A stretch of 63,575 nucleotides of DNA, counting the filler, from Octopus bimaculoides (taxonomy: Eukaryota), in NCBI RefSeq assembly GCF_001194135.2. It is 5 parts of 5 records of this genome, joined end to end, with 100 filler letters (N's around TTAATTAATTAA, not from the genome) between each part and the next. Parts side by side here need not be neighbours in the genome. Positions count along the whole stretch, not along the records: positions 1 to 31,689 come from NC_068998.1; 4 more parts are not named here. One strand, written 5' to 3'. A program made the position numbers and the translations under genes. Below the pieces are notes generated by a model. It was given only the letters and a program-made list of their open reading frames with translations. It had not been told where the DNA came from and searched no databases. Within the stretch, counting starts at the first letter, position 1. Each line of letters opens with the position of its first letter. Positions 1 to 12,591 of this stretch are shown here, piece by piece.

Positions 1-276
1 GGTCATTGAAAATTGCTATGAAAATTACCGTTGAACAAAGGGAAATTACTGTGTGGTTGACCGTTATTAAGACAAAAGAGGTATTAGAATGACCGCTAAG
101 TGAGGGGAGGGAGTAAAGGTAAGGGAGTAAAAATGTCCATAGTATTCACGTAAGTGCACCGGTCCATACATACACATGTGCGCTCGCACACCGATGTACA
201 TGCGCCTATATGTATATACTCATCCACCCTCGCTTGAAACCCACACATGCTCACCCACACATTCGCTCCAAAAAAA

Positions 277-319
<43 letters not shown>

Positions 320-327
320 CCCGCATA

Positions 328-1230
328 CACTGAGAAATCAAGAGATAAGATCTGGTGCATAATCCCTTCTGCAATGCAAATAAGGACGAACTTAGCTAAG
401 CAATTATTGAACGTTGTAAATAGACATTTTGATAAGAAAAATAGGTATTCTAAACCCATAAATATTAGTACAATAAGGATAGGTTATGGCCTTACACATA
501 ATTTAGGGAGCATTATATCCTCTCTGAATAATATAAAATTAGATACTTTCTACTTAAATGAACCACAATAGCAACGACGGCGATATTAGTAGAAACAATA
601 ACAATAAACACTACCCCAACCTTGGTGCAGAACACACTCAGAATCAAAATAACCACTTTAACCTCAATAGACCCAATCCAACCCTACTAGAAAGCAATTC
701 ACCCCCACAGTATAACCTATGTGACTGTAGGAGCAGGAATAATTGTGTCTTCGGTAACACCTGTAAAATTAAGGACGTAATTTACCAATGTGCAGTCACA
801 ACATAGTAAAGCAAAATGAGTTACATTGGAGCAACCCAAAATAAAATAAAACGCAGACTAGCCACGCATCAACATTCTTTTAGAAATAGAAACAGAATTA
901 ATTCGACAGGTTTAAGTAGGTATATTTGGGAGCTTAAAGATAGTAATACTAGCTTCACATTAAAATGGGAGATCCTCGCTACTGCACCTTCGTATAATGA
1001 AAAAATAGGAAATGTTACCTTTGCATTAATGAAATATTTTTCATTCTAATAGCACGTTATCCACTAGTGAACCTGAGAGATGTGCGAAGTGTAGCTTGCC
1101 TGCATAAAGGGAGGTCTGTTTTCGATAAATATAAATAATATTAGAAACACTTATACTATCCCATAATAGTACCAATAACACCACAGCATACAAATAGTAG
1201 CCTCTGGTAGTAAAATGTAGGTTATACACC
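328..1230 (+). mobile_element. Decayed Penelope-like element (PLE), C-terminal linker and GIY-YIG endonuclease region
   Basis: Three frameshifted segments. KSRDKIWCIIPS..RTNLAKQLLNVVNRHF resembles the PLE WFNPP..KTNIG motif; then CDCRSRNNCVFGNTC..DVIYQCAVT; then YIGATQNKIKRRLATHQHSFR..STGLSRYIWELK..LKWEIL, typical of PLE GIY-YIG. Confidence 0.85.
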
Positions 1231-1792
1231 TTACTCCTTAAATATAGTTTTTCTTGTTAGGAATTACCGAGGCTCTTGTAGGTATTCAAATAAACAACCA
1301 CTCCTCTTACTCGTTCCTGAGTTTAGACGTTAACCCCCGCCCATATCAACTCCCTACTTCTTATACCAATTTGTGCCTTTCCCCCTAATCCTAAATTTTA
1401 TTTAAATTTCAATTTTAGCTTTTTCTATCTTGTTTGCTTTCTTTACCTTCTAGCACCTTTTATACCTCGGATGTATTTGTCAGTACTTGCTGGTATTTCG
1501 ACTTAATTCATTACTACCTTCTTGTTTTTCCTCTACTCACTGTCCTTCCCCCACTTTAAGTGGATATTAAAAGCCCTACATATTTAAAAAATATTATACA
1601 CCCCCCATTTGATTTATTCACCTTATTGCATTTTATTTTCTTATATGTGATTTTTTCCTTATTTTATTGTACTCTATGCCCACCTTCTCCTACCATACAT
1701 TGTATGTGTCTGCTTGTTTTTGGTTCTATGTTAGTTGGGCTTACCAGGAGATATTTGTAAAACATTTGATGTACTATGTAGAACTGTAAGTG

Positions 1793-2005
1793 TAGCCCGC
1801 TGATTGAAATTGTATGTCTGCACCCACTTAGAGCTAATATATTATTTGATTATGATTTTTAAATTATTAGATTTATTGACAGAAACAATCTAATTTCAGA
1901 TTAATGTGATATACACAGCCTGTTGATTGTAATAGTATTTCCTGCACCCACTTTGAGTTAATATACCTTTAGTTTATAATTTTTAATTATTAGATTTAAT
2001 TAGTA
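1793..2005. repeat. Two diverged direct copies of a ~90-bp AT-rich unit spaced ~122 bp apart
   Basis: ..gattgaaattgtatgtctgcacccacttagagctaatata..ttattagattta versus ..gattgtaatagtatttcctgcacccactttgagttaatata..ttattagattta. Confidence 0.7.
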
Positions 2006-2978
2006 TTTCATTCTATTCTTAGAGTAATTGTTATTGTTTTTTAAGTAAATTGTTTGAATTATGGTAACTTTACTGATAGTACTAATTTGCCAGTGGACCC
2101 AGTTTTAACCCATATAGTGCCAATATATTCTTTTAAATAGTTTATATAATGGTAGGAACTATCTAGCTTTAATGATTTTGTAATGCTCATTAAGCATATT
2201 TAGTATACTGTGGCAACTTGTGAGTTTTGTTAATTGATAATAATTGACATGTGATTTGGTCTTAAATATTAACCGCCTACTCGTAAGTGGCTTTTTATTT
2301 GTGCGCTGCAGTGTACCTATGAGATGGATTTCTCTTGCGTACCTGTATATTCCTAATTATTACCATAATTTGTTATATATGAGGTTAAGTCCAAATTCAT
2401 TTCATAGTAGCCTTAATAAGTCGTTGATTTACCTGTACTAGTTGCCTCCCCTTAACTAAAACTCGAGGCTACTTACTCTTTGACTGATCCTTCATGCATG
2501 TTATAACGTTAAGCTGCTGAAGGACATAACCGCTCCGCACCACTTATGTCGTTGTCTTCTTCCCCAGACCCATTATTTTTTCTTATTTATATATACTGAC
2601 ATATCCATTGTAACGGTTTTAACTTGTGACCTCGGTTCAAATTGTAACTGACCAATTGTAGAGACCGCTGGACTTAGACTTGCCCCATTGTAGACCATAG
2701 GTGGGATTCTTGGTAATTTTTCTGAGTACACTTTCTTAAGCACCCTACGGGAATGTTTTGGATACATTTTACTTGAGTTTACTTCGTTAGCATAGGCACT
2801 GCCCTTTGATAATCATGTTAGTAAGTTATTTTGCATTTTGTTTTGATAACTTCTTTTCATAAACTTCAATACATCATAAATTGAAACTACCGGCAAAAAA
2901 ATTTAGTATTCCCTAGACCAATACTAGTTCACTCTTTTACCTAAAAACCTCGTAGCCCTAAGATGGTAGATTATATGC

Positions 2979-3015
<37 letters not shown>

Positions 3016-3094
3016 CTTCTTGACTTCTTTTCCAGGCCATGTTCTCTTTCCTATTCCTTATTCCTTTCGTTTATATTGGATGTTCTTGTTTTTT

Positions 3095-3210
3095 TTACTC
3101 TAATGAAGCTCCGTGTCTTAATTCGAATGTCCTATGAAGAAGAAGAATTTTATTTTCGCAATTATTTATAGACAGCGTTTGGCAACGGATGCGGAAACGG
3201 CCGTAAGATT
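3095..3210 (+). ncRNA. Degenerate type I hammerhead-like motif with long stem II
   Basis: CTAATGA (3100-3106, G5 to A) then A-GC-TCCGT..ACGGA-T-GC-G, GAAA (3194-3197) and palindromic stem III ACGGCCGT-A. Stem I is poor. Confidence 0.4.
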
Positions 3211-3923
3211 TGTCACGTCACCTATTTGTTATGTCATATGCTTCGTATTAAAAAATAAGTTATAAATGTTGTCCAATTGATGTGTTTGTTAATCTGAGGT
3301 TTTCTCCATTTCCTGATTATTTGTATTTCCTTTCTGATAAACTCTTGTTTATCCTCTTGTTACCTGCACTCTTCGCGCATGGTGTGCCTGCACACCAATG
3401 CCCGGAGGTAACCCGGGTAACGGAAACCGATAGTACATACGGATATTTTATCCCATAGTCGGTTATTATTACCACTAACTCTGTTTACATTATATATATA
3501 TATATATATATNNNNNNNNNNNNNNNNNNNNNNNNNNNNNNNNNNNNNNNNNNNNNNNNNNNNNNNNNNNNNNNNNNNNNNNNNNNNNNNNNNNNNNNNN
3601 NNNNNNNNNNNNNNNNNNNNNNNNNNNNNNNNNNNNNNNNNNNNNNNNNNNNNNNNNNNNNNNNNNNNNNNNNNNNNNNNNNNNNNNNNNNNNNNNNNNN
3701 NNNNNNNNNNNNNNNNNNNNNNNNNNNNNNNNNNNNNNNNNNNNNNNNNNNNNNNNNNNNNNNNNNNNNNNNNNNNNNNNNNNNNNNNNNNNNNNNNNNN
3801 NNNNNNNNNNNNNNNNNNNNNNNNNNNNNNNNNNNNNNNNNNNNNNNNNNNNNNNNNNNNNNNNNNNNNNNNNNNNNNNNNNNNNNNNNNNNNNNNNNNN
3901 NNNNNNNNNNNNNNNNNNNNNNN

Positions 3924-3990
<67 letters not shown>

Positions 3991-4029
3991 CGTGCGCGTG
4001 TGCGTGTGTGTGTGTCTGTTTGGGTTTGT

Positions 4030-4165
4030 TTTCGTCCTCTACTACGTTTTACAACTGGCTTTGGTTTGTTTATGTCTCTTAACTTAGCGGTTCGGCAAAG
4101 GAAGTGAATAGAGTAAGTGCCTGATTTTAAAAATAAGTCAAGTTGATTTGTTCGACTGAGCCCAC
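4030..4165 (+). mobile_element. SINE 3' body fragment
   Basis: aacttagcggttcggcaaagg..aataagtc..gatttgttcgact is shared with many other copies in the window (17045, 40430, 47030, 54560). Confidence 0.7.
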
Positions 4166-5255
4166 CAAGAAGCCGCCAAAGAATGTTCGCAGATCAGTGA
4201 CAAGAAAAATATAAACTATTATTAACAATGTCGAAGAATAAAATGTCGATAAAACCCGGCTACACATGTCAGCAAATATCCTCGTAATATTCAATAATTC
4301 AGCAGTATTATCAAATACAGTGTTCCCAGCTGAGCCTCCTTAACCGGCCGAGATGCCGAGTATCAAAGTATTATGACCTCTGACTTAACTGAACTCCTAG
4401 CCTGCATTTTAATCCGATTCTGAAAAATCCTTGTATATTGAGGTAATATTTTGATTTAAGGGGGATCCCTTATTTCAAAAACTAGGGTCAGTCTGGTAAG
4501 AACCATTGTTATTTTTGGATCCAGCAACCTCAAACTGCCACAAACTGATTCAAATATGCTTAGCGACTAAAAAGAAAGAGGGTTTTCGTTGACTGGTGTT
4601 AGCAATGTAAGGGATTAGAGAATCTGGGATTATTATTATTTTTTTTTTACTATTCGTTTCTTATTTTTCATTTATTTATTTCTTGTCTGTCGGGAAACCA
4701 TTTTAAAACGCTAAAACTAGAGCAAAATTCGTAGGAAATTTCTGTCGAGAGAAATGGGGAGAATATTTGTGTTGTAATATAATATCGTTTGTATAAATGA
4801 AGTTTCAACACTACTGTATACAACTTTAGTGGGATTCAACTAATTATGTACATCTAAAAGTTTTGTTTCTTGTGTACGTGCGTTTTATCGTTCTTTATTA
4901 CCGTGATTTTATGAAATACACAACGTTGGAATAATTAAGTTTGCTGTAAGATTCTTCATTTCAACCGGACATGTCATCTTAGTTTACTTGTGTTCCATAG
5001 ACAACTACGAACGGTCTATGTTTTTATATCCAGACAATACATATGTAAATTAGCTACTATTTCAGCTAAATTACTTATGTTTCTCACTGAAGAAGTTTCG
5101 CTTACACCAGCAACGCTTTAATGAGCAGACTACTTCCCAAAATCTAAATCCTACCCTGTGAAATGGGTACAGTTGACTGTCCAACAATATAGATATCTGA
5201 TTTCGAAATGTATAGCAATATAAGATAAAATGTCATTGTTATTTAAAACCACGTT

Positions 5256-5375
5256 TGACTATGATGGCCTTAGGCTATGATAATCTTAGGCTATGACAGT
5301 CTCAGGCTATGATAGTCTTAGGCTATGATAGTCTTATGACCATCGTTTCCAAGAGAAACGATGGTCATAAGACTA
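5256..5375. repeat. Five 16-bp tandem units (AGGCTATGATAGTCTT) running into a perfect 21-bp hairpin
   Basis: Units span 5256-5335. Arms TAGTCTTATGACCATCGTTTC (5329-5349) and its exact reverse complement (5355-5375), loop CAAGA. Confidence 0.9.
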
Positions 5376-6799
5376 AACAAAATATGACTGTTCAATATCA
5401 TATTCAACTAGCTATTTATTCTTGCTGAAACACGGTTCAGTATACTTTTTTCTTAAAATTATGTACAGCAATATTTTTAAGGCAAGTTAGAGGTAGGAGA
5501 TTTTTACTAATCTTTCTGACTTTACAATTAAATCTAAATTTCTTATAGATAAATGTTTTCCACCAGGGATCAAGCACTTAGATATCCTTTAAAAGTTTTG
5601 TGCTAACAGCTGTTGACGATTACATAGAAAAATTTACATTCCTGTTTGCAGAAGTACAGTTATCCAAAATATATAGTTGTGTAACAAATAACCTAAAATC
5701 TCTCCTATTTCTCGATTGACGTCAGCAAAAGTGGTGGTACTTGGTGCACACAAGTGGCACAGGGAGAATCGAATATGCATACATGTCTAAGAGAAACAAT
5801 ATTAAAACAGCTACGTTTTGAGTAAAATAAAGTGAAAATTAATAATTCCCAAAAAATGAACGAGGAGACGGGAAGACACCAAAGTGGAAAAATTATATAT
5901 ATNNNNNNNNNNNNNNNNNNNNNNNNNNNNNNNNNNNNNNNNNNNNNNNNNNNNNNNNNNNNNNNNNNNNNNNNNNNNNNNNNNNNNNNNNNNNNNNNNN
6001 NNNNNNNNNNNNNNNNNNNNNNNNNNNNNNNNNNNNNNNNNNNNNNNNNNNNNNNNNNNNNNNNNNNNNNNNNNNNNNNNNNNNNNNNNNNNNNNNNNNN
6101 NNNNNNNNNNNNNNNNNNNNNNNNNNNNNNNNNNNNNNNNNNNNNNNNNNNNNNNNNNNNNNNNNNNNNNNNNNNNNNNNNNNNNNNNNNNNNNNNNNNN
6201 NNNNNNNNNNNNNNNNNNNNNNNNNNNNNNNNNNNNNNNNNNNNNNNNNNNNNNNNNNNNNNNNNNNNNNNNNNNNNNNNNNNNNNNNNNNNNNNNNNNN
6301 NNNNNNNNNNNNNNNNNNNNNNNNNNNNNNNNNNNNNNNNNNNNNNNNNNNNNNNNNNNNNNNNNNNNNNNNNNNNNNNNNNNNNNNNNNNNNNNNNNNN
6401 NNNNNNNNNNNNNNNNNNNNNNNNNNNNNNNNNNNNNNNNNNNNNNNNNNNNNNNNNNNNNNNNNNNNNNNNNNNNNNNNNNNNNNNNNNNNNNNNNNNN
6501 NNNNNNNNNNNNNNNNNNNNNNNNNNNNNNNNNNNNNNNNNNNNNNNNNNNNNNNNNNNNNNNNNNNNNNNNNNNNNNNNNNNNNNNNNNNNNNNNNNNN
6601 NNNNNNNNNNNNNNNNNNNNNNNNNNNNNNNNNNNNNNNNNNNNNNNNNNNNNNNNNNNNNNNNNNNNNNNNNNNNNNNNNNNNNNNNNNNNNNNNNNNN
6701 NNNNNNNNNNNNNNNNNNNNNNNNNNNNNNNNNNNNNNNNNNNNNNNNNNNNNNNNNNNNNNNNNNNNNNNNNNNNNNNNNNNNNNNNNNNNNNNNNNN

Positions 6800-6864
<65 letters not shown>

Positions 6865-6989
6865 GAGTTTTATAGGTATAAAATATAGATGTGACTAATT
6901 CGGTGAAACATTACTTTCACTATTCACACATCGTCACTTTCGTAATCCAAAACTTTGTAATTTTGGTTCAAATTGAAAGTGTGAAACTA

Positions 6990-7400
6990 TTTTCACTTTC
7001 TAATGAAACCTGGTCGTTGTAGAGCAGCGTATTTCAAATAACTATAGCTGGTTGCTGAGATAACGTAATGTAAATGAAAATAAAGTTTATTTGACACGTG
7101 TAATCGATTTGATTGTTCTGGTCTAATCATCAGTTGATAAGAATAGAAGTCATTTGACGACACCTTTTGTTTGTAATTGGTTCTCCTTTTGCACACTCAA
7201 TCCGTGGAATATTGAAATGATACCTATCTTCTTATGATACGGGAGAGTATCATGAGAAAGATGAGTCAGTGAAACATGTTTAAGATTGTTATCTCGAACA
7301 CGAATGAGAGTATCATGATTTTCATGGGGATCACCTATCATAAGGATGGCTACTTCAGTAGATGTGGACTCATTAAAACAGCGTAAAATGTTCTTTACTA
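6990..7400 (-). mobile_element. Helitron RepHel fragment, decayed
   Basis: Minus-strand pieces TEVAILMIGDPHENHDTLIR.RDNNLKHVSLTHLSHDTL.Y and KVSSNDFYSYQLMIR match the Helitron Rep N-terminal region (EVA.L.VGD, RD..L.R.SE.H.SYD.LQY, VSAMDFYAYRLMIR). Confidence 0.8.
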
Positions 7401-8474
7401 TAGTGTACTATAGGCGTAACGAACGAACACACACACATACACACACACACACACATACACACACACACACACTCACAGACACATACACATTCATAGAATT
7501 GATAATATTGAAAACAGCAAAATGTACTCATGCGAAGTTCAAGCGAAACGAAATGTATTCCAATATAGGTACAAAAAAAATGGAAACTCCCCAATTTAGC
7601 AAAAATTACTATTCATCACCAATGCAAAAAAGCACAGAAAGTCAACGTTTATTTGAAACATGTACTAAATGTTATAAAATTCACGATTGTATGAATGTCA
7701 CGGTGAAGAAAGTGAAAGTTTAACATAATTCAGAAGGCGTAATTCAATTTTTCATTCAAAAATAATTTATTATTTTACAATTTTGAAGCGAACGTTGAAC
7801 AAAGTATATAGAAAGGAATATGTTACTGTTGTGAATGTTAATTTAAAACATTTGCTGAAGGATGTATGCAACAAGGCATAAATTATTTAGACATTTCTAT
7901 ATATTTTTGAATTGTGTAACGTTACAGGCAGTAGAATAAATACTGACTAACGCAATAAAAAGGTTGTGCGGCATTGATACTCATAGTGATGAAACAGCAC
8001 AGCAGGAATGCGATAAGGATGCTAGGACTGTTAAAAAACATTATCTTCAAACTGGTTATAAGGAGTGGAATAATATTTCTGTAATTATATTGAAAGAGCC
8101 GCTGAGGCTTTCAACTTCGCCAAGTTTCAGAACTTGTTATAATAACCACAATAACATTTCTTTTCAGATATATTTGCGAGTATTGCGAGTGCCGTCAAAT
8201 CAGCCAAGTCTTCATGTTGGTAGTACTTCAAAGTGAACGCTGTTGTTCGTTAAACGTCCAGGCCGTAACTAAACTAAACTCTTTCAAAATCAGCGTTTCA
8301 CTGTTGGGCGGTCCCTGCGTGTGTATGTCTCTGTCTTTAGATGTGTGTGTGTGTGCATGAGTATGTGTGAACTCGCGTGTGTGTATGTGCATGTGTGTAT
8401 CTGTGTGTCAGTCGTCACAAAAATGTATGTATACTGACAGACACACACACTGTCACACACATAGGCTTCTCAGT

Positions 8475-8830
8475 CAACGCCCTCTCGTACGTAAAGAAGG
8501 TGCGAACACACTCATACAGAAAATGTGACGTCATCGTTCAGAATGTAATATACTGCATAACCTGCCCCACATGCAAGGAGAATTATATAGGTGAAACTGG
8601 AAATTCCTTGTGTCAACGAGCCAGAATTCACCGACAACATGTCCGACAGGAGGAACTACGGAAAATTCCACCTAGGAACATGTGGGGAAGGAAAATTTAA
8701 GATCTTTCCCTTCTATAAATGCTCAAGAAACGATACCTCCTTCAGGAAGAATATGGAGAAATACTTCATAGCAAAATTCTCACCAAAACTGAATGGCTGA
8801 AACATGAAGATCACAACCCATCTAGGATCT
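8475..8830 (+). mobile_element. Second, distinct PLE GIY-YIG endonuclease fragment
   Basis: NVIYCITCPTCKENYIGETGNSLCQRARIHRQ, then frameshifted TCGEGKFKIFPFYK..RKNMEKYFIAKFSPKLN. Confidence 0.88.
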
Positions 8831-9958
8831 TNNNNNNNNNNNNNNNNNNNNNNNNNNNNNNNNNNNNNNNNNNNNNNNNNNNNNNNNNNNNNNNNNNNNN
8901 NNNNNNNNNNNNNNNNNNNNNNNNNNNNNNNNNNNNNNNNNNNNNNNNNNNNNNNNNNNNNNNNNNNNNNNNNNNNNNNNNNNNNNNNNNNNNNNNNNNN
9001 NNNNNNNNNNNNACACACACACACACACACAAGCACTCTCTCTACCACTGGACAATGATACCAAAGAATACCATCTGGTTTTGCCTTTTTATTATTATAA
9101 TTTTTTAAAGGCCAAGAATGAACTTGTCACAGCAGGAACTGACCAACTGTAAACTGTAAACAGGATCTTCCTCTTCCCTCCTCTTCCCACTGACACACCT
9201 TTCAAATACACAGACACACACACACACGCACACAGACACACACGCACACACATACACACACACACACACACAAATGCACCCACACTCTCCTACGAGACAA
9301 TGACACCAAAGATTCCTTTTGAAAAACATCTTCTTCAAAACAATCACACCTGCTTTTGCCATTCCTTTAAAAGGCTAAAAATAAACTTATCATTGAAAAG
9401 AACTAACCAGCTATGAACCCAATTTTCTTCTTTTCTCTTTCCCATCGACACACACAGATACACACACCAACACAAAAAAACACACTCACACACACACACA
9501 CACACTCTCTCTCACTTTTCCTCACCCTCTCTTACTATCCTATATATCTCTCTCTCCACCCCTACACACTCAATAGAATTATATAAAGAGACCCTCCGCA
9601 AGGTCTTCCCAAAACAAATTGAAAATCCTACACGACTAGGTGAAAAGCGCNNNNNNNNNNNNNNNNNNNNNNNNNNNNNNNNNNNNNNNNNNNNNNNNNN
9701 NNNNNNNNNNNNNNNNNNNNNNNNNNNNNNNNNNNNNNNNNNNNNNNNNNNNNNNNNNNNNNNNNNNNNNNNNNNNNNNNNNNNNNNNNNNNNNNNNNNN
9801 NNNNNNNNNNNNNNNNNNNNNNNNNNNNNNNNNNNNNNNNNNNNNNNNNNNNNNNNNNNNNNNNNNNNNNNNNNNNNNNNNNNNNNNNNNNNNNNNNNNN
9901 NNNNNNNNNNNNNNNNNNNNNNNNNNNNNNNNNNNNNNNNNNNNNNNNNNNNNNNNNN

Positions 9959-9996
<38 letters not shown>

Positions 9997-10204
9997 CCTC
10001 TAAAAGGACACACACACACATGTATGTTCATTTATGTTTCAGATAAACCTATCTTTCTAACTTCTCTGTTCAGATATGAATATACAAATTTCTTTCACAT
10101 AAGCAGAGACAGTCTGACAGCGAAGCCACACGCACAAGACGACACGAAAATCATCGACACACCAAAAACAAAAACAAAAAACAACCACACAACGCCTATA
10201 CAGA

Positions 10205-11580
10205 CTACAGAAAATCGCTGAGAGGTTATACTCCAAAGCTGTGTGGTTTCAGATCAGAACGCTCCACCATCGACATGATCTCTCTTCGACAGCTACAAGA
10301 GAAGTGCCGAGAGCAAAGGCAACCACTTTTCATCACCTTCATCGACATCACAAAGGTTTTTGACCTAGTTAGCAGAGACGGCCTGTTCAAAATCTTTGTT
10401 AAAATTGGCTATCCTTCAAGGCTCTTCAAGATTGTTCAATCGTCTCACGCGGATGTGAAAGGCGTCGTTCAATTTGATGGCTCTTTTTCGGAGGCATTCA
10501 ACATATGTAGCGGTGTGAAGCAGGGTTTTGTGCTTCCCCCACCGCGTTTTGTATGTTCCTCGCAGTCATGTTGAAACACGCATTTGGTGTCTACACCAAA
10601 TCAGACGGTAAACTGTTTAATCTGTAGAGGCTGAAAGCAAAATCCAGTGTTCATCAGATACTCATCAGGGAAATGCTGTTCGTGGACGACGCAGCAGTGA
10701 CAGCGCACTCTGAGGAGCAAATGCAACACCTTGTGGAGAGACTCTCAGAGGCTTGTCAGGAATTCGGCCTTACTATAAGTCTGAAGAAGACCAACGTTGG
10801 TGGGATGCCAAGGTGTCAAGCATCCCACCAACCATCTGGAAGTAGTCCATAAATTCAACTACTTTGGCCATAGCATCTCTGATTACCTCTTCTTGGACCC
10901 TGAGATCAGCAGGCGAATCAGACGAGTATCCTCTACGTTTGCCAGGCTCACAAAGAGAATCAGGGAAAACAGAAAACTAGCCGCAAACATCAAGGTTGCT
11001 GTTTATAAGGAGTGCGTCTTCTGTACACTGCGGCAGTAGACATGGAGCCACTACTTCAGGCTGGAGCAGCACCTCAACATCTTCCACCTTCGTAATTTGA
11101 AATGCATCTTGGATATCAGATGGACCGACCGCATCACCAACACTGAAGTCCTCAACCACACCAAGATACCCAGTATTTCCACCTTTCTAACGGCGCTGGC
11201 TCGGTCATGTACATCGCATGCTAGGCGGGAGGATCCCAAAAGATCTCCTGCATTGAGAATTGGCCACCAGCACAAGGGCACGAAGACGATCTCATTTTCG
11301 TTTGAAGGAAATCTGCAAGAGAGATATGAAGTCAATAGATTTGGACATCCTGAGATGGGAAGAGGTCGCAAATGATTGCACACGCTGGAGACAATTACTC
11401 CGAAAGGGGATGAAGCGAGGGGAAGAGAAATAGGAACTTGCCACAAAAGAAAAATGCTCTTGACAAAAAGAAAAGCCATGAGCACCAGCAGAGAGCTCCT
11501 TCAAATGCAGTCGCTGTATGCTTTACTGCCAGACTCGCGTGGACCTCTACAGCGACAGCAAACGCTGCAAGGGATTAAAA
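10205..11580 (+). mobile_element. 5'-truncated RTE-clade LINE, decayed RT and C-terminal zinc finger
   Basis: STIDMISLRQLQEKCREQRQPLFITFIDITKVFDLVSR, SGVKQG, EMLFVDDAAV (YADD-like), FGLTISLKKT, LEVVHKFNYFG, and a terminal FKCSRC..C..RVDLYS. Confidence 0.92.
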
Positions 11581-11798
11581 AATTCTGGTAGAAATGAATA
11601 AAGCACTCTGTATTAAAAGAATTTGGTTACAAATGTTCTACAACCAGATATCAGTAAGTGTAAGTGGATTATATATCCCAGGTAAATCACCATGCATGAC
11701 AGGTAAATTCAAATATCTGTTTGCAGAATTCTTAGAGATTCAGAGTGTTTAACAGCAAAAAATACGTATTGGGAATATTACATCGGTATTACACTCGC

Positions 11799-11835
<37 letters not shown>

Positions 11836-12536
11836 NNNNNNNNNNNNNNNNNNNNNNNNNNNNNNNNNNNNNNNNNNNNNNNNNNNNNNNNNNNNNNNNN
11901 NNNNNNNNNNNNNNNNNNNNNNNNNNNNNNNNNNNNNNNNNNNNNNNNNNNNNNNNNNNNNNNNNNNNNNNNNNNNNNNNNNNNNNNNNNNNNNNNNNNN
12001 NNNNNNNNNNNNNNNNNNNNNNNNNNNNNNNNNNNNNNNNNNNNNNNNNNNNNNNNNNNNNNNNNNNNNNNNNNNNNNNNNNNNNNNNNNNNNNNNNNNN
12101 NNNNNNNNNNNNNNNNNNNNNNNNNNNNNNNNNNNNNNNNNNNNNNNNNNNNNNNNNNNNNNNNNNNNNNNNNNNNNNNNNNNNNNNNNNNNNNNNNNNN
12201 NNNNNNNNNNNNNNNNNNNNNNNNNNNNNNNNNNNNNNNNNNNNNNNNNNNNNNNNNNNNNNNNNNNNNNNNNNNNNNNNNNNNNNNNNNNNNNNNNNNN
12301 NNNNNNNNNNNNNNNNNNNNNNNNNNNNNNNNNNNNNNNNNNNNNNNNNNNNNNNNNNNNNNNNNNNNNNNNNNNNNNNNNNNNNNNNNNNNNNNNNNNN
12401 NNNNNNNNNNNNNNNNNNNNNNNNTTGTATATTATATTATATATTGTATATTCCATATTCTATATCCCACATTGGTTCTGCAGGAATATAAATAAAACAT
12501 ATAAAACAGAGTGTTGGAACTCTTTTAAACAAAATA

Positions 12537-12591
<55 letters not shown>

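Noticed and set aside
2511-2560. CTGCTGA-A-G-GACATAA..TTATGTC-GTTGTC as a hammerhead
   Set aside because: The GAAA(C) strand is absent and A6 is changed; at best a dead remnant.
3330-3445. Cluster of hairpins (GATAAAC/GTTTATC, GGTGTG/CACACC, CCCGG/CCGGG) ending in GGAAACCG
   Set aside because: No correctly placed CUGANGA core; structured but unassignable.
5256-5335. 16-bp repeats (and the 39126 array) as a CRISPR array
   Set aside because: No unique spacers, eukaryotic context and no cas genes.
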